DNA from: Candidatus Spongiisociaceae bacterium
Lineage (GTDB): Bacteria; Actinomycetota; Acidimicrobiia; Spongiisociales; Spongiisociaceae
DNA length: 64,000 nucleotides
Assembly: GCA_965262915.1 (NCBI GenBank)
Contig: OZ253564.1
Location: forward strand, 768,001 to 832,000
Reading direction: 5' to 3'
The position numbers and the translations under genes are program-made. The notes beneath the pieces are model-generated. The model saw only the letters and a list, made by a program, of their open reading frames with translations. It was not told the origin of the DNA and did not search any database. The first letter of the stretch is position 1; each line of letters starts with the position of its first letter. This document shows positions 9,931 to 19,573 of this stretch, in pieces.

Positions 9931-10741
9931 ATGGCCCTTGACCTCCGGTCCTGGCGCGACCGTATCGATAGAGGCTCTATCACGGATCAGCGGCCCCTCT
10001 TGGTGCTGCCTCAGCAACGCAGCCCTCGCGGCGGGTCGGGAACCTTCCTTGCTTCTGATGGCGGAGGTAGGCAGTGGTGGGTAAAGCCGCTGAACAACCG
10101 TCAGGGCGGTAAGGTGATTGTGACCGAGCATGTGGTAGGACGTGTGGGCGCCCTGATAGGAGCGCCGGTCTGTGAGGTGGCCATCGTGCAGATCCCCGAG
10201 GAACTGGCTGGGTGGCAGTTTGTACCCGGTCGACAGTTGGAGCCAGGACTTGCCCACGGTTCCGCCGCGGTGGACCAAGCGACCGAGGATCGAAGCCTCG
10301 CTCACCGTCAGCGCGACGACAATCAGATCAGGCAGGCAGGTGTCTTCGCCCTGTACGATTGGTGTTGGGGGGGAGACCACCAGTGGCTGTAGAGACCACC
10401 AGTGGCTGTACTCGGCGAAGGCGGATATGGAGCTATACAGCCATGACCACGGCTTCTATCTGCCACCCACTGGTTCGGACTGGAACGTTGGCGCGCTCGA
10501 TTCCCATGCCGACAGGCCCCACCCAGGGCCTTGGCCGCCTCGCGTTCTTGACCGAAGGGAACTAGATCGCTTATCTGCGGCTCTCCGCGCGATTGATAAG
10601 CAACATCTCTGCGCCATCCTTGGAGATGTTCCTCTGACCTGGCCGGTAACTACCCGAGAACTCGAAGCTCTGGGATCCTTCCTGGAGTGCCGGGCACCTC
10701 TCGTCGCGCATCGTCTGGACTTGATGAAGGAGGCTATGTGA
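9931..10741 (+). pseudogene. HipA-like kinase (HipA_2-type) disrupted by a 19-bp tandem duplication
   Basis: GGSGTFL..WWVK..E..LIGAPV..YDWCWGGDHQWL / YS..LYSHDHG. GAGACCACCAGTGGCTGTA occurs twice (10373-10391, 10392-10410) and creates a TAG. Confidence 0.8.
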
Positions 10742-11616
10742 TGCGATTCGTCTACTCACTTATCCGGTTCGTGCCGGACCCCGCCAAGGGCGAGTTCGTA
10801 AATGTCGGCGCAATCGTAGGAAGCGAACTTTCATCCGAATGGCAAATCCGACAGGTGTCTAATCCCGCCCGCGCCAGGGCCTTAGACGACGAGCGCTCCC
10901 TTGACTTGGTATGGGCTTTCTGCACCCGGGTCGGGGCTGACATAGACCGTTTCGAGGATTCGCTTTACCGCCTGTTCGACTCTGAGGTAGAGTTGTCGGA
11001 GGACTGGCTTGAGAACCTCCACACCCAGCATCGCAACATCGTCCAACTCAGCCCACCGTCACCCATGGTAGCTGACAGTGCTGATGAGGCGCTGGACCGT
11101 CTGTTCAGTCAGATGATTCTGGATCCCACACGTCACCGGCAGAGCACTGTGACCAAACACGTAGTGCTGGCTGCCATGCGAAGGGCCTACGGGAGTTGCG
11201 GCCTACACAAGAACCGCGGCTTTGTAGAACGTGCCCGGCTGTCCGCTTCGGACCACTCGATCCCCGTCGACTTCGCAGTGGTAAACGGTCAGGTACTGCA
11301 ACTGGTCCAGACTTGGTCGTTTCAGTCAGCCGACCAGCAGTCTCTCGCCCAACAAGTACGTTCCTGGGGATGGGTGGTGCATCGGACCCGTCAGCAAGGC
11401 GCCCAACTGGACGCAAGCGGGGTGGAGGGACTTGATGTCGACCCGGATATCGCGATCAGGGCCGTATACGTTCCTCCCGCACCGGACGGAAACGCTGACG
11501 CCTACAGAGGCGCCTTGGATGTGTTCAAAGAGACAGCGATCGAGCACAGACCCATCGATCAGGTCAAAGACGTAGCCGAAGAGGCCCGCCGCCTACTGGC
11601 CAAGACTTCTGTGTAG
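10741..11616 (+). CDS. DUF3037-domain protein, partner of the HipA-like kinase
   Basis: N-terminal YSLIRFVPDPAKGEFVNVG signature; TGATG coupling to the kinase. Confidence 0.85.
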   Translation: MRFVYSLIRFVPDPAKGEFVNVGAIVGSELSSEWQIRQVSNPARARALDDERSLDLVWAFCTRVGADIDRFEDSLYRLFDSEVELSEDWLENLHTQHRNIVQLSPPSPMVADSADEALDRLFSQMILDPTRHRQSTVTKHVVLAAMRRAYGSCGLHKNRGFVERARLSASDHSIPVDFAVVNGQVLQLVQTWSFQSADQQSLAQQVRSWGWVVHRTRQQGAQLDASGVEGLDVDPDIAIRAVYVPPAPDGNADAYRGALDVFKETAIEHRPIDQVKDVAEEARRLLAKTSV

Positions 11617-11715
11617 CAATACCACAACCTTGCCGCGGATCCATGGGCAAGGGCCCGTGCGAGACAGCATGGAAGTATCATCCTCCCCGTGGGTGCTCAT
11701 GAGAACGGGCAGGGC

Positions 11716-13269
11716 ATGCTCGATTGGTTGCTGACCGGGGGCACGGTGATCGACGGGACCGGGAGTCCCGGTTTCCGGGCCGATGTAGGTCTGGTGGGGG
11801 ATCGGATCGCCGCGGTCGGGTCGCTGGACCGCTGCGAAGCACAACGAACCGTGGACGTGAGCGGTTCCGTCGTCAGTCCGGGATTCATCGACGTCCATTC
11901 CCACTCCGAGTTCTCCCTGCTGAGAGGGGTCGATGTCGACGCTCGCCTCACTCAAGGGATCACCACCGACCTGCTCTCGCCGGACGGCTTCGCCTACGCA
12001 CCCCTCTCGCCGGACCGGCTCACCGAGATGAAGGCCTATCTCGAGGTGTTCAACGGGGCGCCCGAGGACGGATGGGAATGGTCGGGCAACGAGGAGTACC
12101 TGGCGATGTTCGACGGCCGGGTCGGCATCAACGTCGTACCCCAGGTGGGTTTCAACGCGGTGCGGGCTGAAGCGGTCGGCTGGGATCCTCGCCCGGCCGA
12201 ACCCGCCGAGGTCGAGCACATGAGGGGACTCACCCGCCGAGGTATGGAGCAAGGTGCCTCCGGTATACAGGTGGGCCTCGACTACTTCCCGTCCGGGCAC
12301 GCCACCACCGAGGAGCTGGTGGCCGTGGCCCGGGTGGTTGCCGAGTACGGGGGGGTCTACACATCCCACGTCCGCGGGATCCGGGGCGACACCGAAGGCG
12401 GCGTGAAGGAGGCGCTGCGGGTCGGGCGGGAGGCGGGGGTGGCGGTCCATATCTCGCACCTGTTCGGCTCCGACGAGCTCTACCAGCTGCTGACCGACGC
12501 CACCGACGAGGGGCTCGACGTCACCTTCGACGCCTACCCGTACATGGCTGCCAGCAGCCACCTGGCCTTCTGCCTGCCCATGTGGGTTGACCGAGGCCCC
12601 CCTGGCACCGTGCTGGAACTGCTCGAGGATCCGTCGGTACGATCCCGGTTGGCCCCCCACATCGACGAGTTCTTCGCGGCCTACGTGGCCCGGCCCGAGA
12701 ACGCTTTCTTCTCGTCCCTCCCGCCCGGTCCGTACCAGTACCTGGAAGGCCGCCCGCTGACCGATGCCGTAGGCCGGGTCGGGGACACGCTCGCCGAGAC
12801 CGTCTGCACCCTGCTGGCCGAGTGCCGGATGCGCGTCCTGATGGTGTACCGCTGGTACGACGAACCCAAGCTCCGCCGTGCCATGACCCACCCGCTCGGC
12901 ATGGTCGGGTCAGACGGCCTGTTCCGGGGCACCCGGCCCCACCCGCGAGGCTTCGGCGCCCACGCCCGGGTGCTGGCGCATCTGGTACGCGACAAGGGCT
13001 GGCTGGAGTTGCCCGACGCGATCCGCCGGATGACCTCCATGCCCGCTGCCCGCTACGGCCTGGCCGACCGGGGAGTGATACGCACCGGAGCAGCCGCCGA
13101 TGTGGCCGTGTTCGACCCGGACCGCATCCAGGACCGGGCCACCTTCGGCAACCCCCGAGCCACGGCGCTCGGGATGGACTACGTCTTCGTAAACGGCCAC
13201 GGTGCCATCAAAGCGGGCCAACTGGCAGGCACCACGGCCGGCCGGGTTCTGCGCGGTCCGGGTTCCTGA
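11716..13269 (+). CDS. N-acyl-D-amino-acid deacylase (D-aminoacylase family)
   Basis: GGTVIDGTGSP..ADV, PGFIDVHSHS, HISH, GSDG...HPRGFG, GAAADVAVFDP. Confidence 0.92.
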   Translation: MLDWLLTGGTVIDGTGSPGFRADVGLVGDRIAAVGSLDRCEAQRTVDVSGSVVSPGFIDVHSHSEFSLLRGVDVDARLTQGITTDLLSPDGFAYAPLSPDRLTEMKAYLEVFNGAPEDGWEWSGNEEYLAMFDGRVGINVVPQVGFNAVRAEAVGWDPRPAEPAEVEHMRGLTRRGMEQGASGIQVGLDYFPSGHATTEELVAVARVVAEYGGVYTSHVRGIRGDTEGGVKEALRVGREAGVAVHISHLFGSDELYQLLTDATDEGLDVTFDAYPYMAASSHLAFCLPMWVDRGPPGTVLELLEDPSVRSRLAPHIDEFFAAYVARPENAFFSSLPPGPYQYLEGRPLTDAVGRVGDTLAETVCTLLAECRMRVLMVYRWYDEPKLRRAMTHPLGMVGSDGLFRGTRPHPRGFGAHARVLAHLVRDKGWLELPDAIRRMTSMPAARYGLADRGVIRTGAAADVAVFDPDRIQDRATFGNPRATALGMDYVFVNGHGAIKAGQLAGTTAGRVLRGPGS

Positions 13270-13512
13270 ACGAGACACTTCTAGTCCCTACCCACGGGTG
13301 GACCTGGCTATAGGTTGGCCGAGGATCATCTCAGCCTGAACGGGGGCCCCATGTTTATTGAGCGGACTGGCTCCGCCCGTCGGCTGTTGGGTTTTCGGGT
13401 GATGGCCCCCTCCACCGTTCGTTCGGTCGAGAGCATGGGGGTAGCCGGAGGAGCAAATCAATGGATTCAGCCATCAGGAGGCTGGTCCCTTCGCTCTACG
13501 ACTCGGCACGCA

Positions 13513-13674
13513 TCACTTCTCATGGGAGGAGCTTTTCGATTTGGAACTGTTAGGTCGTTTAGTAGCTCCAGGCCCGGGGCCCTTCGGCAACTTCGACACC
13601 GAGATTGTCTTGTTTGTCGTGTAGCCGTCGCGCACTTGTCTTACCGTTCGCGCCCTGCGCCGTCTGCCTTTCAT
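13513..13674 (-). CDS. Small basic 53-aa ORF at the 3' end of the DUF6338-like gene
   Basis: SD GGAGGT before ATG; MKGRRRRARTVRQVRDGYTTNKTISVSKLPKGPGPGATKRPNSSKSKSSSHEK*. Confidence 0.5.
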   Translation of the reverse strand: MKGRRRRARTVRQVRDGYTTNKTISVSKLPKGPGPGATKRPNSSKSKSSSHEK

Positions 13675-14323
13675 TAGCTTTTACCTCCGATGCTGCCTCC
13701 GTGAACTCTAGATACTCGATCTCTTCCCATCTTAGAAGAATGCCGGAAGCCTGTATTTCTGGATTGCCTTCATCATCAGTGAGTATCTCTCCGGTGTAAG
13801 GGTCGAGGCTAAGGGTCGCGGCTAGATAGAGATCCTGCGGCTCAGGGTATCCCGAAGCATACGGTCGGCGCCCGTTGACCTCGCCGAAAACGCCGCCTAT
13901 CCAAATGCCAGACTGCAGCTTGCAGCGAACCCCGCCAGCGGGTCGATCCTGGAACAGATGATCCCAAGCCCGAGGCGTCCTATCTCTCCCGCCTAGTTGC
14001 CGAGCCCACGACCAGTTTTTCTTCCACCCGAACCCCAGCACGCCACCCCCGACCAAGGGCACGATCGTGTACAAGATTGGGACAATCCAGAACCACTGGG
14101 GCAAGGATTGCCGGTTGGCGAGGCTGTCCCAGTAGTTCGCATAGAGCCAGTAAAGGGGCCAAGCAGCGATCGACAACACGACAGCCGATCCTCCAACGAA
14201 CCTCAAAGCCCGGTCCTGCAATCCGATCCCGAACCGACCTGCCCATCGCTCAAAACTCCAAACAAACAGAGCACCTGGAAGAAGGGCGATGAGGACGAGA
14301 GTGGCTGTGCCCAAACCTGTCAT
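13559..14323 (-). CDS. DUF6338-like membrane protein
   Basis: LLPG motif and three TM helices, then PRAWDHLF...IWIGG...YASGYPEPQDLYL. Confidence 0.7.
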   Translation of the reverse strand: MTGLGTATLVLIALLPGALFVWSFERWAGRFGIGLQDRALRFVGGSAVVLSIAAWPLYWLYANYWDSLANRQSLPQWFWIVPILYTIVPLVGGGVLGFGWKKNWSWARQLGGRDRTPRAWDHLFQDRPAGGVRCKLQSGIWIGGVFGEVNGRRPYASGYPEPQDLYLAATLSLDPYTGEILTDDEGNPEIQASGILLRWEEIEYLEFTEAASEVKANERQTAQGANGKTSARRLHDKQDNLGVEVAEGPRAWSY

Positions 14324-14626
14324 GCGATGTCACCCACCATTGTCTACTCGAACATACGTTGTACATCGTAGGTGATCAGTGTGACACAAGTTCGAGAGAA
14401 GCTGCCATGGGTCTCTGAGCCAACCTGCCATTGCTCGCCCGGGTCGCCCCCCAACGTACTGAGCGCCCAAGTACCGAGTATCGACCGCGTTGGCTCCGAT
14501 GACAGAATGGTTGTCCTTATGACTTTGCAGATGCCAGCCGGTCCGAATGACGGGTAGGACTCGGCGAATCCCTCCCCTGCCGGGCTGGTCTAAGGCTGGT
14601 ACTCCCCGGGTCGGTCCGGTATTGGC

Positions 14627-16059
14627 GGCTCTTCGGAAATGAGTGGGGAGTAGGGGATCTGCCAGGGGGAGTTGGAATCCACCAGAAGTGAGGAGGGGTC
14701 CTCCATAATCGGGTGTTGGTAATGACATCCGAGGCAGGAGGACCCCTGTGGAAGCTGATCCTACGCGCATGTGCGAGAAGTTGGTAGGCCTAGGTGAGGT
14801 TGATCTGGTAGGGATCAACGACCCGGGCGAGGAGGCACCGTTGGAGGTGGTGATCCGGTCCCGCAAGCCCCGGCCGTTGTGTGAGTCCTGTGGCGGGTCG
14901 GTGTGGTCGAAGGGCTATCGGACGGTTGTGTTGGTGGATTTACCGGCGTTCGGCCGGCCTGTGCGGCTGCGGTGGCGGAAACGGCGCTGGACATGTCCGA
15001 ACCCCGACTGTGCGCTCAGATCGTTCATCGAACAAGACCCCAAGATTGGTCCCCAACGGGCGTTGTTGACATCCCGAGCGGCCCGGTGGGTGACCATCCA
15101 GGTGGGTGGGCGGGGCCGTTCGGTCGACGAGGTCGCCGCAGAACTTGGTTGTGATTGGCATACGGTGAACAAAGAGGTTGGCCGCTGGGGCGAAGCGCTG
15201 CTGGAAGCAGACACCGATCGGGTCGGGACCGTCGAAGCTGTGGGAGTGGACGAGACGTTGTTCTGGCGTCGGGGCCGTTGGCGTACCAAAGTCTGGTGCA
15301 CCTCTGTCGTCGACGTTGGCGGCCACCAGCTGATCGACATAGTCCCTGGTAGAACAGCAGAAAGCGCCGCAGCCTGGTTCCGGTCACAACCCACCGAATG
15401 GTGTGAGGCTATCCGCTGGGCGGTGTTGGACATGTCCGGTTCGTATCGGAAGGCGTATGACAGGGTGCTGCCGCACGCGCTGCAGGTAGCGGACCCGTTC
15501 CACGTCATCCGCCTCGCCAACCAGCGTCTCGACGAGGTACGACGAAGAGTCCAAAACGAAACCCTCGGGCATCGAGGCCGCAAGGATGACCCGCTGTATC
15601 GGATACGGCGGCTCCTAACCGCTGCGCATGAGAGGATCAGCGACCGGGGTCAAATACGGCTGCGTGGTCTCCTCGATGCTGGTGACCCCTACGGGGAAGT
15701 GCGCACAGCCTGGCACGCGAAAGAGACGGTACGAGGCATCTACGGGATCGAGAGTCCGGTCCTTGCTCTCCGATACACCCTCCAGCTCGCAGACGACCTC
15801 CAACACGAATCCTGCCCACCCGAGATCAACAAGCTGGGTCGTACCATCGCCCGCTGGACCCCCCAGATCACCAACTGGCACATCTCGAAGGTAACCAACG
15901 GACCCACCGAAGCCCTCAACAACCTCATCAAACGGATCAAACGAGCAGCGTTCGGGTTCCGCAACTTCGCGAACTACCGAATCCGCGCCCTTCTCTACGC
16001 GGGGAAACCCAACTGGGACCTACTCCCATCGGTCACTCCCCACTGAAATCCGATGAGCC
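14627..16059 (+). mobile_element. ISL3-family insertion sequence, copy 1 (intact)
   Basis: TIRs GGCTCTTCGGAAATGAGTGGGGAGT / ACTCCCCACTGAAATCCGATGAGCC; 8-bp TSD GTATTGGC at 14619-14626 and 16060-16067. Confidence 0.96.
14748..16046 (+). CDS. ISL3 transposase
   Basis: Zn finger CESC...CPNPDC, GVDE, LDMS..Y, VADPFHV, TNGPTEALNNLIKRIKRAAFGFRNF. Confidence 0.96.
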   Translation: MEADPTRMCEKLVGLGEVDLVGINDPGEEAPLEVVIRSRKPRPLCESCGGSVWSKGYRTVVLVDLPAFGRPVRLRWRKRRWTCPNPDCALRSFIEQDPKIGPQRALLTSRAARWVTIQVGGRGRSVDEVAAELGCDWHTVNKEVGRWGEALLEADTDRVGTVEAVGVDETLFWRRGRWRTKVWCTSVVDVGGHQLIDIVPGRTAESAAAWFRSQPTEWCEAIRWAVLDMSGSYRKAYDRVLPHALQVADPFHVIRLANQRLDEVRRRVQNETLGHRGRKDDPLYRIRRLLTAAHERISDRGQIRLRGLLDAGDPYGEVRTAWHAKETVRGIYGIESPVLALRYTLQLADDLQHESCPPEINKLGRTIARWTPQITNWHISKVTNGPTEALNNLIKRIKRAAFGFRNFANYRIRALLYAGKPNWDLLPSVTPH

Positions 16060-16237
16060 GTATTGGCAGCGTCTGAGTCGGTTGAGGCTCGGTCTCCGAT
16101 ACCTCCCATCCATCTCGTGGGGTTACCGTGGATTCAGCTTGCGTTCCCAACTTTTTCCGTATCTGGCGGCGACCTGGCGACGGTCCCGGAAGTAGTCTTG
16201 TCGGCATGTGCAGTCAGTGTGGAGAGGGATGTCACTC

Positions 16238-17569
16238 ATGAGCAACGTACGTCTATTGGCCGGCCGTCCGATGAGCCGCCGGGCCTTCGTGCAAAGGGCC
16301 GCGGCAGCCGGGGTAGGACTCAGCGCCTTGGGTGCCCTCATGGCCTCCTGCGCCGACGACGACGGACCGGATCGTCCCCTTACCCCGGCCTTCTACGACT
16401 GGATCCTGTCCCTGTTCCCGACCCAGGCGGTAAGCGACAGCTGGGACCAGGAAGTCAACGTACAGACCGCGCCCGTCGAAGGCTTCGGCATCGAGCGTTT
16501 CGTGGCGGAAGGCGAGGAAGGGGAGAGCACCTGGGACATATACGTCGGCATGACCCCGTTCGTCGAGATGGCGGCTCTGATCGATGCGGGCGTCATCGAG
16601 CCCTGGGATGATTACCTTGCCGACGGCGTGGCCGATACATGGGTTCCCTCCGTCAGGGCGGAAGCCACCTACGACGGCAGTATCTACAGCCATCCGTTCG
16701 ACACCAGCATCGTGGCGGCCGGCTGGCACGGGGGGCTGGTGGAGGCAGCCGGCCTCGATCCGGATCACGCCCCGGCGACATGGGATGAGTGGATCACCTC
16801 TGCCCGCCAGGTGATGGACAGCGGCGCTGCGCCGTTCGGTGCCACCTTCGACGCCAACGGGTGGCGTTCGCTGGCGCCCGTCTCCCACTCCATCGACAAC
16901 AACGTGTACACCGAGGAGGGCAGGTTCGATTTCACCCACGATGCGGTCGTCGAAGCGCTCGAGATCATGAGACGGCTCATGGAGGTGTCGAACCCGGACG
17001 TGCTCGGTCAGGGCGCGACCGACGCCGGGGCGAACGTCACGCCGGACGAGGGTGCCTTCGCAGGCGAGAAGGCCGCCTACTACTTCAAGCATGCTTACGG
17101 ACCCATCAACATGTCGTCCAAGTGGGCCGATCCCAGCAACCTGCGGCTCGGGGCCATCCCGACCGTGCCGGGCGGGTCGGGCGGAACGGTGTTCTGGTCG
17201 ACCGGCGCCGGTCTGTTCACCTACGGCGGCAACAAGGAGCAGGCTGCGGAGTACATGCACTTCCTCACCACCAGCGAGGACATCCACCGGGCCGATGTCG
17301 GCAACCAGGGTGGCGTGGTAGGCCAGCTCCAGCCCTACGAAACGATCTGGGAGGAGTGGCGGGCCAGCCCGCCGTCCTGGCTGGCGAGTTGGGCGATCAC
17401 CCTGAAGGACCAGCTGAGCAGGGCGAGTGCCATCCGGACCCACACGGCGGGAGTGACCCAGTTCCAGATCGGCCGGCCCCACTGGGAGACCTACCTGACA
17501 GGCGAGGTGTCGGACCCGCGCCAAGCTCTGCAGGCCGCCAAGGACGCGGTACTGGCCGAGACTTCATAG
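16238..17569 (+). CDS. Carbohydrate ABC transporter substrate-binding lipoprotein (Tat)
   Basis: SRRAFV twin-arginine signal, lipobox MASC, AGLDP..PATWDE. Confidence 0.88.
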   Translation: MSNVRLLAGRPMSRRAFVQRAAAAGVGLSALGALMASCADDDGPDRPLTPAFYDWILSLFPTQAVSDSWDQEVNVQTAPVEGFGIERFVAEGEEGESTWDIYVGMTPFVEMAALIDAGVIEPWDDYLADGVADTWVPSVRAEATYDGSIYSHPFDTSIVAAGWHGGLVEAAGLDPDHAPATWDEWITSARQVMDSGAAPFGATFDANGWRSLAPVSHSIDNNVYTEEGRFDFTHDAVVEALEIMRRLMEVSNPDVLGQGATDAGANVTPDEGAFAGEKAAYYFKHAYGPINMSSKWADPSNLRLGAIPTVPGGSGGTVFWSTGAGLFTYGGNKEQAAEYMHFLTTSEDIHRADVGNQGGVVGQLQPYETIWEEWRASPPSWLASWAITLKDQLSRASAIRTHTAGVTQFQIGRPHWETYLTGEVSDPRQALQAAKDAVLAETS

Positions 17570-17731
17570 GGGTCTGTCGGCAAAGTGATTCGCCGTGTCC
17601 TGGCAGCCATCGGCGCCCCTCGCGGCGTTCCGCCTCCTCGACGTACCGCTGCGGGTACGCCTTCGTCGGCGGGCCTGGCGAGAAACGCCGCTGCCGGCGC
17701 ACGACACACCGCCACTTCGCAGACAGACCCC
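17569..17731. mobile_element. MITE-like palindromic element, about 163 bp
   Basis: Imperfect 19-bp TIRs GGGGTCTGTCGGCAAAGTG / CACTTCGCAGACAGACCCC and a nested hairpin centred on CGTACC-GCTGCG-GGTACG. Confidence 0.7.
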
Positions 17732-17750
17732 AGCGGACTGATCCCTGCAG

Positions 17751-18686
17751 GTGGTGGACACGCTGAAGAGGTTGTCCCGGCTTACGAATAGACAAAGCGG
17801 CAGGCGGTCCGGGGTCATCCCGTTCCTGGTCCCGGCGCTGATCCTGTTCGGCATCTGGCAGCTGTACCCGATGCTGCGCGTGGCGACGCTGGCCTTCACC
17901 GACTACGTGGTGATCGGCTCCGCCCCCACCTCGTTCGTGGGGTTCCGCAACTTCATCGACGCGTTCGGCGATCCGCTGGTACGGAGCGGGCTCATCCGCT
18001 CGCTGGTGTTCACATTGATCTTCCTTCCGGGCGCGATCGTGCTGCCCCTGCTGGCCGCGGTGGCCCTGACCCGGGTTCGCTCGACCCGCATGGCCGCCTT
18101 CTACCGGGTGACCCTCCTGATACCGGCGCTGCTGCCCGGCCCGCTCATATTCATCATGTGGCGATGGTTGTACAGCCCGGCCATCGGGCCTATCAACTAC
18201 CTGCTGGTCGACGTGCTGGAGTGGTTCACCGTCCACACGGTGCCCAACTGGGCCGGCGACCCCATCCTGATGCTCCCGTCCATCGTGGTCATGGAGTGGT
18301 GGTGGGGGATCGGATACCACACCATCTTCTTCCTGGCCGGCCTGGCTGCCATCCCCATGAGCACGCTGGAGTCGGCCCGGGTCGACGGCGCCCACGAGGG
18401 AAGGGTGTTCTGGCACATCCTGCTACCCGGGCTGAGGCCGATAATCGCCGTGCTGGTGATCCTCCGGCTCGGGTCGGCCTTCGCCGTCATCGAGGAGTTC
18501 CTCATCTACGGCGGGGTAAACCGGGCTCTGCCGACCTACACGTGGACCGTGTACATGTGGGACACCGCCTTCAAGGTCGGGAAATGGGAGCAGGGCTATG
18601 CCTCGGCGGTGGGCCTGATCGGCACACTGGCGGTGCTGGTCCTGATCGTGCTGATGCTACGGGTGGGAAGGCTGACGCGCTCATGA
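17751..18686 (+). CDS. Carbohydrate ABC permease (UgpA/MalF-like)
   Basis: FVGFRNF, TM helices, EAA loop LESARVDGA. Confidence 0.92.
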   Translation: MVDTLKRLSRLTNRQSGRRSGVIPFLVPALILFGIWQLYPMLRVATLAFTDYVVIGSAPTSFVGFRNFIDAFGDPLVRSGLIRSLVFTLIFLPGAIVLPLLAAVALTRVRSTRMAAFYRVTLLIPALLPGPLIFIMWRWLYSPAIGPINYLLVDVLEWFTVHTVPNWAGDPILMLPSIVVMEWWWGIGYHTIFFLAGLAAIPMSTLESARVDGAHEGRVFWHILLPGLRPIIAVLVILRLGSAFAVIEEFLIYGGVNRALPTYTWTVYMWDTAFKVGKWEQGYASAVGLIGTLAVLVLIVLMLRVGRLTRS

Positions 18687-19555
18687 CGACGGTTAGCACA
18701 CGGGCACCGAACCGCCGGGCCCTGCGGGCCGTTCTCGGACGGGTGGCGACGCACGGATACCTGGTCCTGCTGGTGCTGTTCGTGGCGCTGCCGCTGCTCT
18801 GGGTGCTGATGCTGTCGGTCAAGACCCTCCCGGATGCCTACACCAACCAGATCATCCCGCGTTTCGGCCTGACGCTGGAGCACTACTGGCAGACCTGGGG
18901 AACGATCGGCTCCCTGCGACGCAACTTCCTCAACAGCGCCATCGTGGCGGTGGGAAGCATCTCTCTGACCGTCGCCGCGGCCGGCCTCCTGGCCTACGCT
19001 GTCGTGCATCTCCGCTTCCGGGCCAAAGCGGTGGTGATCGTCACTGCCTTCGCGGCGCTGCTGATCCCGGTTCGTGTCTCCGGCATCATCGGCGTGTGGG
19101 CGGTCCAGCGCCAACTGGATCTCCTGGACTCGGTTCTCGGACTGATCCCGCCCTATTCGACCTTCGGGCTGGCGGTCGGCTTCTTTATCATGAAGAGCAC
19201 CTTCGAGCTGATACCGAAGGAACTGATGGAAGCGGCGGAAGTGGACGGCGCGTCGCCTCTCTGGAGGTTCTGGCATGTGGGTGTTCCGCTGGCCCGCAAC
19301 GGGCTGATCGTCGCCGGCCTGACCCAGTTCATACTGTCGTGGGGCGACTACCTGCTGGCGGTGACCCTCACGACTTCTAGGGAGTCCCGCACCCTGCCCG
19401 TGCTTCTCGCCACCGCTACGGGAGGGATGGGCGCCTGGAACTGGCCCTCGATCTCGGCCGTGTTCGTGATGGCTTCCCTCCCGGTGCTGATCGTGTTCAT
19501 CTTCGTGTATCGACGGTTCATGCAAGGAGTACTCGAAGGTGGACTACGGGGATAG
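18683..19555 (+). CDS. Carbohydrate ABC permease (UgpE/MalG-like)
   Basis: IPKELMEAAEVDGAS; ATGA coupling to the upstream permease. Confidence 0.92.
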   Translation: MTTVSTRAPNRRALRAVLGRVATHGYLVLLVLFVALPLLWVLMLSVKTLPDAYTNQIIPRFGLTLEHYWQTWGTIGSLRRNFLNSAIVAVGSISLTVAAAGLLAYAVVHLRFRAKAVVIVTAFAALLIPVRVSGIIGVWAVQRQLDLLDSVLGLIPPYSTFGLAVGFFIMKSTFELIPKELMEAAEVDGASPLWRFWHVGVPLARNGLIVAGLTQFILSWGDYLLAVTLTTSRESRTLPVLLATATGGMGAWNWPSISAVFVMASLPVLIVFIFVYRRFMQGVLEGGLRG

Positions 19556-19573
19556 GACGAGGAAGGAAGAAAC

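Noticed and set aside
14348-14363. LexA (SOS) box TCGAACATACGTTGTA upstream of the DUF6338-like gene
   Set aside because: Two mismatches in the right half-site relative to TCGAAC-N4-GTTCGA.
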